Below, one piece after another: positions 14,310 to 29,797 of a stretch of DNA of 64,000 nt (the stretch's first letter is position 1; each line of letters starts with the position of its first letter). The notes beneath the pieces were generated by a model. That model searched no databases. It worked only from the letters and a program-made list of their open reading frames with translations, and was not told where the DNA came from. Source of the DNA: the human T2T-CHM13v2.0 reference genome, Homo sapiens. The stretch lies in the NCBI RefSeq assembly GCF_009914755.1, contig NC_060941.1. One strand, 5' to 3'. A program made the translations under genes and the position numbers.

Positions 14310-14932
14310 CCGGGTTATAAGTTAGCTTAGGATATCTATTCCTAAAGATGTGCTGAAGTTGAGTCAGGATGCAGGTATGAGTTGGCACCTAGCGGCACTT
14401 TCTCAAAAGCCAGGGTTTGGGAGCCCTGCACACAATGAGTCAGTCCTACTGAACAGCTGCCCTTATCCTGTATACCAGCTCCATCCCAATCTCCACTCTG
14501 TGTGTCCCTCAGGCCGAAAGGGAGATGCTGTTATTCTGTCCACTTGAACTAAGGTACCTGCCACAGATTCGCCTTGAAATGGATTCAGAGGCAATGGGTG
14601 TGTGACAGAGGAACAAGTAATACAGTGTCTAAGTGCTCATAGCGTTGCCCTCTCCATTGTTTTCTGGGGGGATCCTCAAATCACCTGCGTAGCTCCTGGG
14701 CCTTGCTGTGTTGCTTAGGATAAAGAATGGGGAGGATCAAAGAGAAGCTAAAGAATAGTTACTGATTTACCAAGAAAGGGTAGTAGTGAGAGACATAGCG
14801 ATCAGCAAAATAAAGACTTATTTTTCAGTGTGTGCATCTTTTGAATCTCAGTTTGGAAGTTTCTGGGAATGTAACATTGTAAAATGGCCATGAGGTGGTC
14901 TTGTTATACTCACAAGTTAGATGGTTTTGTGA

Positions 14933-15250
<318 letters not shown>

Positions 15251-15943
15251 TGACCTTCTTTCTTTTGGCTCTCTTTCTGCCCTTTGTAATTTTCCTGACC
15301 TACATCCTGTTCCCTCTTCCTTTGGCAAGGTATGTGTCATTTCAATTTGCAATTTCAACATGGGATGAGAAATTTTCAAGTAAATCTGTGTTTAGTGAAA
15401 CAAATTAAAATCCAATTAAGGAAATAAAATAGTGAACGGTGAAGTGTCTATGAGAGTTGTTGAAGGCTGGGGTGGGGATTCGTTTGAGCTCACAAAACAG
15501 CTGAAAATTACCCGCAGGGGATGAACTCCACAGTGAAAGCTTAGGCGGCAAAGCTGAAAATAGGGGGTAATTACAGGCAAGAGTCTGTGACCTGCCAGAT
15601 AGAGATGTGAGGAACAGGTTGCAAGGGAAATGTATTTGATTAAAAAGCAGCTTAACCTCTCCAAGAAGCCTGGATTGAAGAAAAGGAAGAAGAAAATTAT
15701 AAAACTGGATAAAACTTCACGTGAGGCAAATGAGAGGGTGTGGAAGTAAATATACTTGTTTATATTTCTCGCAGGGACTCTTAGAGGGATTAAAGTGAGT
15801 TTGGCAACACTGCTTGAGACCCTGCCCTATTGTAGGTGCTGTGCTAGGGGCCCAGGATACAGACACCAAGGAAGCAGCACAGAGCCTTTCTGTAAGTGCT
15901 TGCAGGCTGGTGGGAGAGATGGGCAGGAGCATAGGGAGAGAGA

Positions 15944-16675
15944 CTGTTTTTGCCAGTTCAGGCTGCTGCAGCAAAGCACCATAGACTGGGTGGCTTATAA
16001 AAAACAGAAATTTACTTCTTACAGCTCTGGAGGCTGGAAGTCCAAGATCAGGGTGCCAGCATGGTGTAATTCTGATGAGCTTCCTCTTCTAGGTTGCACA
16101 TGGCTGCCTTCTCATTGTATTTTCACATGGGGTGGGGTAGACATGAGGGAGAGGGAGAGAGGGTCGGGGAGAGGGGGAGAGAGAAAGAAAGCTCTTATGA
16201 GGGCACTAATCCTGTTCATGAGGGCTCCACTCTCATGACCTAATCACCTCTTGATACAGTTTAGCTGTGTCCCCACCCAAATCTCATCTTGAATTGTAGC
16301 TCCCGTAATCCCCACGTGCCATGGGAGGGACCTGGTGGGAGATAATTGAAATATGGGGGTGGGTCTTTCCCATGCTGTTCTTGTGACAGTGAATAAGTCT
16401 CATGAGATCTGCTGGTTTTATAAAGGGGAGTTCCCCTGCACATGTTCTCTGGCCTGCTGCCATGATTGTGAGGCCTCCCCAGCCATGTGGAACTGTGAGT
16501 CCATTAAACCTCTTCCTTTATAAATTACCCAGTCTCAGGTATGTCTTTATTAGCAGTGTGAGAACAGACTAATACACCTCCCAAGTCCCCACCTCCTAGT
16601 ACTTTTACATGGAAAGTTAGAATGTCCACATATGAATTTGTTGTGGTTAGGTACACAAACGTTCAGTTCCTAACA
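15944..16675 (-). mobile_element. MLT1A-type LTR interrupted by THE1
   Basis: caccatagactgggtggctt...ggaggctggaagtccaagatcagggtgccagc...ctcatgacctaatcacctc. Confidence 0.85.
16252..16576 (+). mobile_element. THE1B-like solo LTR
   Basis: gctgtgtccccacccaaatctcatcttgaattgtagctccc...gagaacagactaataca; TSD cctct/cctcc. Confidence 0.9.
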
Positions 16676-16837
16676 GATGCCCCCACTCCCCTGGTCTCAA
16701 AGGTATGAGCCTGGGATGATTGATACTGCTCTCTCTTTGACGACCAGGTGGGTCCTTAATTATCTGTTGGGAGGCATTGCTGCAGGTCTAAGTCGCTGCA
16801 GGCTGCTGAGGGTAGAGGGAATGAAATGGAGAAGTAA

Positions 16838-17229
16838 AGCCTGGACTGAGGTGAGGTGAGTAAGGCACTTGTCTCAGGCCCAAACTTAAAGGGGTGCCCA
16901 AGAACTCAGTAATTATATTGTAATGCAGTGGAAAAACAGTTGAAATGCAAATATGAATACAACATATCACAACGAACAAAACATCAACATTTCAAATGAA
17001 TAAAGGGTCAAGAACAGTGTCATGCCAAGCCATCTTTAAGCCTGAGGCAAAAGGACAATTCAGTAACACTGATCCTATTTTTATTTCAAGTTATGATGTT
17101 TTGTTCATCTCGGGATTCTTTGCATTCATTTTGATTTTTAAAAAATGTTGCATTAAAATATTCTTTATCTTGATTGTGAAGTTTTTTGGCACCCCTTTAA
17201 AGTTGTGCCCAAGGCAAGTCCCAGCCCTG
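16838..17229. mobile_element. MER96B-like hAT MITE with long inverted arms
   Basis: ttaaaggggtgcccaagaact near the left end mirrored by agttttttggcacccctttaa near the right end. Confidence 0.75.
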
Positions 17230-17747
17230 TGAAGAAGAGAGATGGTGTTGTCTCTAGGGTGGCCCCGTGGACCCACTCTGAGCCTTCTGGAATCAGAGAG
17301 CTGTCAGTTTGTGGGAAAGGGACTGTTTGCGCTAGGATCTCATGGGATTTGGGAAGCAGAGTGGCATCAGGCCTGGTGACAACCTAAGACAGAGCCTTGG
17401 GCAAGGGGCATTCTCCTCGTCTCTGAAAGAACCTGGGGTGACTCCGTGCGGTAGGAATTGAAGGGAACACAACATTATGCGGGCCCCAGAGGGTTTGATG
17501 GCTGTAGGGTGCCGCCTCCTGGAAGCACGTCCCTTGCACAGTGTGTGCAGTTTGTCTTTGTAGTCCTAGTTCTTAAAACACAGTAGGCACTCTGTGTCCA
17601 TTGATGAAAGCATGAATGCAATTGGTGACTTGTGCCATCTTGTGGTTAGACTTCCTGGAACCCCAGAAGGAGATGAAAAGATCTAACTGCAAAAATGTTG
17701 TATTTCCTGGCCCCTAGAGAACCAAGAATACTTCCCTACTTGAAAAA

Positions 17748-18510
<763 letters not shown>

Positions 18511-18618
18511 TCCTGCCTCTTACTCTAGGAGAGATACAAAGGAGAGGGCCCTGAAGGGCAGTTCCCATTTTGATTCTATTTTACCCTCCATTGTGGGCTC
18601 GGCCTCCTGGACAGAGTC

Positions 18619-18630
18619 AGTGACGTCACT
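18619..18630. promoter_or_regulatory. Palindromic CRE (AGTGACGTCACT)
   Basis: Perfect TGACGTCA within a 12-bp palindrome in non-repeat sequence. Confidence 0.35.
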
Positions 18631-20095
18631 CTAGACCCTCTGAAGACTCATTGTTTTCTTGGCACTGGGTTTGATGTTGCAGATCCAAAATCAACTCAGA
18701 TGTGCCCTTCCCCTCAAATAGCTCAGTTTAGCATGGGAGGAGGGGGTTCAGGGAGACTGTTGGAGCCGATACATCAGCAAATGATTCTATTTGGGTGTAG
18801 GTTTGGTCAGGGAAGCAATTGCTTCTCTTTAATATTTAGATCTTAGTGTAAGCGGGGAACTCCTGCAAGAGGAGAAGATTTTGCGAAAGTGGGTATGATA
18901 AGAAATGTGGACTTGATGGAAATTTTGAAGTCTTGATCAATATCCCCTTTTGAATGTACAGACTATTCAAGTTAGGTGGGTACTTTCAATTCTGAGACTA
19001 GATAATTCTTGTGTGACCACTGAGCACTTGCTGTTGGGGGGTTTCTGAGCCTGAGCCAGGGAGACAAAGGGGCTGCTGAGGAGGGAACTCCATGCATTAC
19101 ACCCCGTTCTCACTCATAAACACACACACCTGTGTCCTGAACAGAGTCAGGCTTCAGAAAGTCTTTGAAACCAAGAGTCCATTGGGCTGATTTCACAGGA
19201 ATGCTTCATGGCTGAGAGAGAACCATCCAGCCTATTAAGAGTCATATACCCTCTTTAATGTGGATGATAAAACTTTAATTAAAGTGGTGATTAGAAACAG
19301 AATAATAATGACCACTAATAAAGTAGTTTATAGAAATCGACAGCTTTACAAAGAGCAGTTGCTGGTGGCTTGCTGTAGGCAGCCCTGGAGCATGGGCTCT
19401 GGGCAGGGCAAAAGGATTAGGGGAAGGGTTTACTGGAATAGAGAGATAACATAAAAGGCAATTTATAATGTGTGACTTCGAGCAATGAGCTAGAGAAAAA
19501 TGGAAAGCTGTGATGTGGATGGAATTCATTGTACCTTTGCATTATGAATGAACTTTACAAGATTGCAGGCTACAGCCAGGATTTGGTTACTTGTGTACAA
19601 ATGAGCATTATCTACATTGTTTTTCTTCTGTGTTGTGGTCTGTGTATCTTAGGATGAAGAGGCAGGACAAATGAAACCATGTCTGAGAAAGCCTTTAGCA
19701 ATTGATGCCTCATTAACAGTAATAATAAAGGCCAAAGTAGTAGTAATAGCAATAATATAATAACACCTACTAAGTGCCTACCACTTTCATGTTTTATTAC
19801 CTTCCAGGTATATAGTATCTCTTTTTGTTAGATGATGCAGAAGATGTAAACTGAGAAACAGGATTGGAAAGGGAATTCAGGGAAGATTTCCCAGAGGATA
19901 AATTTTAAATGTAGGATTAGAAAGGGAGTGAGAGGCTTGCTCCAGCAGGGGGAAGAGGAAGAGGGAATTTTATAGTGGGAAGAATTTCAGGAAGGTTCCA
20001 TTCACCTTCTCCCATGTCTCCCCACACACTACCTCCCCTTAGAAATGCACCTACAACTACATAATAGATTTTTGTCATCAATGTGATCTTAGCAT

Positions 20096-20189
20096 CTTTT
20101 TTTATATTATTATACTTTAAGTTCTGGGATACATGTGCAGAATGTGCAGGTTTGTTACATAGGTATACATGTGCCATGGTGGTTTGCTG
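20096..20189 (-). mobile_element. Very short L1PA 3' end
   Basis: ttattatactttaagttctgggatacatgtgcagaatgtgcaggtttgttacataggtatacatgtgccatggtggtttgctg. Confidence 0.85.
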
Positions 20190-20399
20190 AAAAAAAATAG
20201 AATGTTTTATAATTTTTTTATTGAGAATGCCCAGTTATGCCAAGCATAATAAATAAAGGTCAGTAGCATTTATAAAAGAAATGCAATGTGAGATATTGGA
20301 AAATACCTGATAGCTGATATCTGGAATCAGGCAGATGTGAGGTTAGACACCAGCTCTGAGGCTCACTGGCTACTTGACCCTGGAGGAAGCATTTAGGTG

Positions 20400-20706
<307 letters not shown>

Positions 20707-21149
20707 TAGGCTTTTTAAGTCAGTATTGTCATCAGGAAAATAGGGCTAATATTTACTGCATGGGGTTCTTGTGAGGATTAAACTAGAATTTAATAAGAGA
20801 ATACTTACAAAGCATCTAGCCGATACAACATGCTTGAGGAATATTGGTTTTGCAAACTATTTTCCACCTTGGCTCCAGCTTCTGTCACCAAGCACTGTGA
20901 ACAAGGCCAGGGCCACTGGGCTGTGGTGACTGAGGCCTTTATGGCTGGAAGTAGCCTATTTCCTGTTCTGTCACTCCTTGTCATGTCAATGTTTTATTTC
21001 TTCATAACACTACTCCTAGAAATTTTCCTAGTTCTATATTTGCATCTTTGTTTATTGTCTGTAACCCTTCTCCACATATTAAGCCTTAGGAATGACCTTG
21101 TCATTTGGGGCAGTGTTGACTTAGACTGATAAGTCTTCTTGGTTCCTGT

Positions 21150-23108
21150 ATCCTATCCCTCTCTTGCTTCCTCCAGGACTCTGCTCCAGTGATTATCTCC
21201 TTTTCTCTAATAACTGATTTTTCTCTGTGGGCTTGCATCCACTGCACACAGACCATTGTCATTCATCTTTAAAACAAAACAAGATCCGCATCCTCTCTTG
21301 ACCCCTGTATCTCCCTCCAGCTATTACCTAATTCCTCTGCTTCTCTTCGTAAGAAAACAAGATTGTCTACACTCACTCTCCCCAGTTCCTCACCTCCCAT
21401 TTTCTTCTAATGGCTCCTCTGTTGGGTGGTCATTCCCACCTGTTCAAGGAAACTCCTCTTAATAAAGGTCATCTGTGACCACATTCGGCTAAAACCAGTG
21501 GTCAATCCCAGAAACTGCTTGATTGGCGCTCTCAGCAGCATTTGACAGGGCTAACCTCTCTCTAGGCCTCTGGGAGACCCCTCTCCTGGTTTTCCTCTCC
21601 CTTCTCTTTTTCCCTCCCAGACCCCTCAGCTGGCTCCCCTGCCCCAACCAGGCTCTCCAGGCCTGGGACTCTGATCTCAGTGGCCTTCCTCTTCATTTAC
21701 ACTTGGTCTCTAGTGACCTGACCACGCCTCATCCTCCACATGCTGAGGCCTCATCACACACCTCTCCCCAGGCACCAGCCTTCGCTATCCAAGAGCCACT
21801 TCCTCCCATCTTCACTTGGATGTTCCATTGTTATGTCAAACAAAATGTGGCCAAATGCAGCATTTGATTTTCTTCCAGCTCCAGCCCTCACTCCACTCTC
21901 TCCATCTTTGCAAAGAGTACCCCCATCCACCTCATCCCTCGGGGCCAAAGCCTGAACTTTTTTATTTCCTCTTTCTACACACTCCTAAACGCAATCTGTT
22001 AATACAGCCTATGGACTTTGTTTCCAAATTTTTCTGTTACTGCTCCTATCCAGTACAAGGCATTATTTCTTGCTTGACGCTTGCGACAGCTTCCTAATTG
22101 ATCTCTCTGGCTCTGTTTCTGCCTCCACTCCCCCATCTCCCAGTCTATCTTCCATAGAGCAGCCAGAATGATCTTCCTAAAGTAGAAATCAGATCAGGAC
22201 ACTTTACTGCTTAAGGAATGGTTTCCATTTCATTTAGGAAAACGCCCCCCAACCCTCACAAATCTTGTTCCATGACCTGCAAGGCCCTATAAGTCCCTGG
22301 TTACCTCTCTAGTCTTATCTGTCTCTGGCCTTCTTTCTGACCCTCAAACATGCCAAGTTCTTCCCTTCCTTTGTTTATTTATACTCGCTATGCCTCCTCT
22401 GGAATACTCTTTCCTCAGAGCTTCTCACAAACTGTTTCTCATTGTTCAGCTCTTAATTCAAATGTCATCTCCATAGAGATGGCTTTCCCATCAACCCTGG
22501 CTAACCACCTTGATATGGTTTGGGTTTGTGTCCTTGCTCAAATCTCAAGTCGAATTGTCATCCCCAGTGTTGGAGGAGGGGCCTGGGTGGGAGGTGATAG
22601 GGTCATGGGGTCTGACTTTCCCCTTGCTGTTCTTGTGATAGTGAGTTCTCACGAGATCTGGTCTTTTAAAAGTGTGTAGCACCTCCCTGCTGTGCTCTCT
22701 CCTCCTTTATCTCTGGCTATGTAAGATGTGCCTGCTCCCCTTTGCCTTCTGCCATGATTGGTAAGTTTCCTGAGGCCTCTTTAACCATGCTTCCTGTACA
22801 ACCTACAGAACTGTGAGTCAATTAAATGTCTTTTCGTTATAAATTACCCAGTCTCAGGTAGTTCTTTATAGCAATGCAGGAAGGGACTAATACTTAACCC
22901 CTCTTTCTCCATCTACTCTTAATCTGATTGCCCCATCTTGTTTTCTTGATTGAACTTTGCACCTGGAAGTATTTCATGTATTCATTTCCACCTGTTTGGC
23001 CTCCTTCACTAAAATATGTACTTTTGAGATACTGTATCTCCAGGTTCTGGAATAATTAATACTTTGCACATAGTAGGGGCTTGGTAAATGTTTGTGGAAT
23101 GAATGAAC
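21150..23108 (+). mobile_element. LINE-2 (RT remnant to 3' end), interrupted by MSTA
   Basis: ctctcagcagcatttgac encodes the LSAAFD RT motif; gcagccagaatgatctt; 3' end gcacatagtagg...gaatgaatgaa. Confidence 0.8.
22511..22893 (+). mobile_element. MSTA solo LTR
   Basis: tgatatggtttgg...aaattacccagtctcaggtagttctttatagcaatg...gactaatac. Confidence 0.9.
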
Positions 23109-24282
23109 AAAAGGCTGAAGAGCTTGTTTACCCAGTGAAGCAATATAAAATTCTGATTCCCCTCTAGCTACTCCCCTTCACTCCCCAAGTCTTTCCTCCC
23201 TGCTTTTTATTCATTGAATACAAATTTCATAAGGATTTGGACCACAACACAGAAAGACCTGGGAGGAAACACTGCATAATCCAGTGATTTTAAGAGTCCC
23301 CAAGTTCTAATTAGTATGGTGCACAGCAATGATGCTAAATGAACTGTTATAGTCTTACCAGGTCAAAACCCAGCTTTGTAGGGCAGCCCAAAATAGAGGC
23401 TGTGCTCTTTTTGCCTTTAGCAGGGCAATCTGTGGAGTCTCCAAAGGTGTATTAAGGTTTAATAGACAAATAATGTACTTGGTGGAATTGTGCAAGAGGA
23501 GAGAAGCTAGCAAACTCCCTGGGGTGTGGCTTCCGGATATTGAAGTTTCCTGCAGGGGCACTTGGGGCCTGGATGGATGGTTTCAATTAGAATTCAATTA
23601 GCGTCAATCAAGGCAAACTCCAGGGGCAGCCAATTCATCCCAAGTGCCCCTACCCCAACTCCCTTCCAAGTTTTCCCTCTTTCAGGGCAGTTCTGAAACC
23701 TCTGCATAGGCAAAGGCAAGAGAAGGAATTGCTCTCGACCGAGTTCAGTGTGGAACTAGGAACCTTTAACTATCATGTTCAAACTCACTTGTGGACCAGC
23801 TGACCCTGGCCACCCTATCTGACCCCTGACTGGCCCTTTAGGTGGTTGGGTTTGTCCCAGGTTACACAGAGCATATGAAAGTGAACTTCTAGCACTTTCT
23901 CACCATTCACAGCATTAGTTCTGAACCACTTGTGACAACACATCATATAACTTGCCGTCAGTCCTCCTGGCCTCTGACTTGAACATTGTCACATTCCTAG
24001 CTTGGGCTCAGAAATTGCCTGTTGCTACTTTTGTGACTTAATGCTTCTAGGTTTTTCTTTACGTAATTAACTACAAGTATATATATGTGTGTATACTGTA
24101 TGAGTGCCATGTGGTTTTGAGAGACAAGCTGAATCCATTTGCTGGAGTGGGAAATTTGGCTCAGTGGTATGTGTTGCCAGGAATACTATTTACCTGGGAA
24201 TTTCATGGACCTCTTGGGATATTAGAGGGAGAGTATTTTGAAACTGATGGTTAAATTTTGGGAAACCAAAATTAAGTCTCTC

Positions 24283-24612
<330 letters not shown>

Positions 24613-25817
24613 CTATTACCCACCTCTGCGGGGAAGTTCTTGGCATAGGTTAGAATTTTCCCTTGACGTTGAGTTTCCTTCTGTTTTGAGACACAAATTG
24701 ATTATTACCAAGGAAAGAGACTTTGGTTATGTCATAGTGACACTGAAATGTTCTCTAAACCAGTTTCAGAGGGGAACGTGTCTTGAAATTGTTAGTGAAG
24801 AACAGGCACTCTTTCACTACAAAGGCCCCTTCTTGGGAATATAGTAAAGTAGCCCTAATCCTTAATCCTCCCTCCTCCATCTCCAAGGGAGCACAGGCAT
24901 CCAGGGTCAACAACCTGGGGAGTCAAGGGATTTCCTGGTGTAAGTACCATCAACAGCAGTTGATTAAAATACCGTTCAGCAGAACACAGAGGGGACACCC
25001 CTGGCACAAGGCAGAAAATGTCAGTTGCCAGGAGGGGATGCTATTTTCCTGAAACCTACTAGATGAAAGCATCCTAGAGACTGTACAAGGTGAGGACTTA
25101 AGGCCCCACTGAATGACTTTTTTTCCCCCTCTTAATCATAGCTTCTATAGATTTCTTATGTAGGTTTGCATCACTAACTTAAGTTAGTGATATGTTTCTG
25201 CCTTCCCCTTGGTTGGGAAACCATGGGTCTACCACAATGCCTGCAAAATTGCTTGTGCATAGAAAGCATCAAAAATGCTTGTTAAACACGATGGATTTAG
25301 GCATGAGCTTTCTCCCATTAAATATGGCTTGAGAAAACTCTTGGCATATTAGAATTCAGAGGACCCCCACACGACAGCTCTATGGCTTGAAAAGATGAGT
25401 CAGCTTCTCAAAGAGGTAAAAAGCAAGGATTGGCAATTAAAGAGGAAATGTCAAGCCGGGCAGGGCAGCCCCGAGGCATTCTGTGCTCTTAGCAGGTGTA
25501 ACTGTCCAGATTGGAGCCCTTGCTGCCGGCCTGGCCCAACCATCAGGTGGTGAGGAACAGTGCTCTTGACCTTTCAGCTTTGCAGCAGAGCCCTTTCCCC
25601 AAGGAGCTGGCAGACATAATCTGTTCCATGAACTGAAGCAGCAGCAGGCACCTTTGGGGACTGGAATTTCTTTCTCCATGGTGTGAGTACAGCTCACCTT
25701 GTGGATGTGTGTTTTCCCTTCTGAAGCCACCCGTGCCTGCAGCCCCAGGGCAGGAGAGTACTGACCTCACTGGGGAGACTTTACACCCCAACCCAGTGCC
25801 AAGGGAGTATTTAGTGA

Positions 25818-26163
<346 letters not shown>

Positions 26164-26169
26164 AAAAAA

Positions 26170-26682
26170 ACTTTTAAGTTCAGGGGTGCATGTGAAGGTT
26201 TGTTACATAGGTAAACATGTATCACAAGGGTTTGATTATTTCTTCACCCAGATATTAAGCCCAGTATTCAATAGTTATCTTCTCTGTTCCTCTCCCTCCT
26301 TCTACCATTAACCCTCAGTAGACCCCAGTGTCTGTTTCCTTCTTTGTGTTCATAAGTTCTTATTTAGCTCCCACTTATAAGTGAGAGCATGCACTGTTTG
26401 GTTTTCTGTTCCTGTGTTAGTTTGCTAAGGATAATAGCCTCCAGCTCCATTCATGTTCCTGAAAAAGACTTGATTTCATTCTTTTTTATGGCTGCGTAGT
26501 ATTTCGTGGTGTAGCTGTACCACATTTTCTTTATCCAATCTGGCATTGATGGTCATTTAGGTTGATTCCATGTCTTTGCTATTGTGACTAGTGCTGCAAT
26601 GAACATTCGTGTTCGTGTGTCTTTATGGTAGAATTATTTACATTTCTCTGGGTATATACCCAGTAATGGGATTGCTGGGTCG
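26170..26682 (-). mobile_element. L1PA15/16-like 3' fragment
   Basis: cttttaagttcaggggtgcatgtgaaggtttgttacataggtaaac...atacccagtaatgggattgctgggtcga. Confidence 0.85.
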
Positions 26683-26696
26683 ACTCTTATTGGATG

Positions 26697-26850
26697 ACAG
26701 CCCAGTGTGTGGTAAGAGCACCAGCTCAAGAGTCAGAGGCTTGGATTTGAATTTTGACTTGTCATAGCTAGATGACTTAGGCACATAAGCACTCTGAGAT
26801 TCCATTTCCTCCCTTGTAAAAGGGGACAACAGTGTCTGCTGTGAAGTTAG
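26697..26850 (+). mobile_element. MIR
   Basis: gtggtaagagca...gatgacttaggcac...tttcctcccttgtaaaagggg. Confidence 0.65.
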
Positions 26851-28149
26851 AAAGTGTATCCATCATAGTGGGCGGGGAGGAAGTGTTGTTCCTTTTTCCA
26901 TCTTATGTGGTTTCCTTATCGTTAACAGAGTAGACTCTTGACCAAATGGCGAGGCTGCCCTCTTGGGAGGCCTCTGCCTCCTTGTTGATAGGTGTTCTCT
27001 AGTCTGTTGTTTTCTGCCTATACAGATACCTTCTCTGGCCCTTGGCCTCTTGTCTGGAGTTTTTCTGTCCATTAAACCCTATCAAAGCTAACCCATCATA
27101 CTGTGCATTCTCTCAGGCCCTTGCTCAAAACAGAAAATTGTCATCTTATATGTCTTATTACATTTTCCTGTAGGGGGCAAGGCCTTCAATCTTTAGGCTA
27201 ATAGATAAGTGTCATCCATTTAAGACTATTGACTTATGTATGGCTCTGAGCCCACTGACCACTAGGATTTCCTGAGGGACTAGGGATTCATGGCACTGAA
27301 AGGGACAACTTTTCCCTAGTCTCAGTGTTACTGCTCATTCTTCATAGCTGTTTCTGCTTGGGATCCCTGTCCATTTCTGTTGTCACACACTGGGGCTGGA
27401 GTCTGGTTGTGAATCCGTGTTCTTTAATGGAGACCCTGATCCCCTTCTGGGTCTTGCCAACCTTCCTTCTGGAAGTTGGATTTTCAATCATTCGTAGCCA
27501 TCAGATGAGACTCGTTGCTTGGCTCTGCATATGGCTGCTGCCTTGTTCCTCCTGCAACCACGTCCCATACTCTAAGTTGGGGTCCTTTGCATTGCAGCTC
27601 CAGCCCAGTCAAACCTGAGACCACCACATCCTGCTGGATGATGGGTTTTGGACTGCTGGTTTCCCATTTAGGGACTAGTTCTGATGCTGAGTCATTTCTC
27701 TTAGTTTTCGTCCCTTTGATCCTGGCTCTTCCCCTTACTTCTGCTCCCAGGGGGCTAAGGGCCCAGAATTCCTTCTGCTTATGCCTCATGATTAAGCTCA
27801 GGAGCTTAATCCTACCAATAGCATTGGTTTAGGACTTGTATTCACTCCCTTTCACACATACTTTCAAAAGTATTTCAGGCAGCTTTTAATAAACAATACT
27901 TAAAGTTGGCCTAGACAAACACTGAATCACTAAAGGGAGGAAGGGGGTTAGAGGGACAATGAAAGCCCAGGTTAAGTATATTCTTGTCCTTGAACACTAG
28001 GTTTTCAATTGAGTTTTCTAACAGCCAAAGCAAACAAAAACATCAGCTGCATGGCTCCCTTTTCTAGTGAATTGTGGCATACTGAAATCCTGCTGAATGT
28101 TACTTAATTTTATACCTTTAGGTTAACGTAGTGCGTTGTTTCAATTAAA

Positions 28150-28451
<302 letters not shown>

Positions 28452-28549
28452 TAAAATTTCTTGAGTGTGCTTAAGGAAGAAATTGGATAAAAAACACTTT
28501 AAGCATCATGATCAATTCAACTCAACCAACATTGGTTTATCTTTTTAAT

Positions 28550-29330
28550 TAAACAAGCATACCAAGTACCTGGTCTGTTAATGTGAAACACTGTTGCATA
28601 TGCTATGGGAGATAGATACCAAACCTTTCCATGAGTAGTTCACATTGTAGAAAGGGAGAGACACATCATATATCTGAGAAATAAGGTAGGAAGTAGTAAG
28701 AGCTATACAAGTGGCACAGACACCATGTTGGGAGAGTCCAGAAGAGGGATCAGGGATCCAAGGGCTCATGAAGCGATGTGATTGAGACAAGTAGGGTCTA
28801 TGCAAGCAGAGTGGAGAGGACAAGAAAGAAAGGTCTTTTAAAGTTGAAGGAACAATGTGACCCCCAGGCACAGATGTAAACATTGTAGGCTGTGTTTGGG
28901 AAAAAGTTGGTGTCAGGGGGTCAATGGCTGGTTGACTAGATTCTAGCACACCTTCTTGAAATATAGGAGAAGTCAAGGAGTATGAAGGCAGTGTGATAGG
29001 TTGAGGCACAGAGAGTCTGGAATGCCGTGCCTAGAAGTCAGAGAGCTAATGAGAGTAAGACAGGGAGCTTAGGATCTATGTTTCCTGAACTTGGCTTTGT
29101 ATCCTGCAACCAAGAGAAGCCAGTAGAAGGTCTTGGGCCAGAAAGGGATATATCCAGAATTGGGCTTGATGAAAATTATTTTGTCAGATGAATGGTGGAA
29201 AAATTGAAGCTGGAGATACTTGAGACCAGGGTTGATGCTGCTGCACTAGCTCAGGTAAGAGGTGAAGACAGAATGAGCTGGAGCCTGGGCAGTTAGGATG
29301 GAGAGGAGTGGATGGAGGCAAGAGACATCA
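28550..29330 (-). mobile_element. LINE-2 fragment
   Basis: Purine-rich antisense L2 pattern, e.g. caggtaagaggtgaag...gatggagaggagtggatgga. Confidence 0.6.
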
Positions 29331-29394
29331 TTGCTCAGTGTCTTTCCCTGGATTCTGAGCTTTTATGCACCCTCATTGCCTTGGCTATGCATGA

Positions 29395-29600
29395 AGCAGT
29401 GTAATTAAGAAGCTGAGTGGGAGTTGGAGTCAGACAGACATGGGTTCAAATCCTACTCCACTTACCTACCACCTACATGATTTTGAACAAATCATTTTCT
29501 TTAGCATCTTACTCCTAATGTGAGGGTAAGAATATCACAAGGCCATGTGAAGATTAAATGAGAGAATCAATGTGAAGTGTTTCCTGTGGTGCTTGGCCCA
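29395..29600 (+). mobile_element. MIR
   Basis: ggagtcagacagacatgggttcaaatcct...tgtgaagattaaatgag. Confidence 0.75.
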
Positions 29601-29797
29601 GAAGGTCTCTGCTGCCCAGATGTTCTTCTGAATCCTGGGCCATGGTCAGCTTTGGTGCTTGCCCAGGTGCCTGTAACTTACCTACCTCCTTGACCTTGGA
29701 CTTTACCTTTTCTGTGTGATATTGTCTACCTCGTCCAGGATCTGCTCTATTTGCTTGACTCTGACCTTTGATAGGGGATTCATTTTTTGCCGGAGAC

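Noticed and set aside
16474-16486. PRDM9 hotspot motif in THE1B
   Set aside because: CCTCCCCAGCCAT misses the T at position 7 and the C at position 13 of CCNCCNTNNCCNC.
16838-17229. Novel long hairpin or miRNA precursor
   Set aside because: The inverted arms are intrinsic to the MER96B-like MITE and are degraded.
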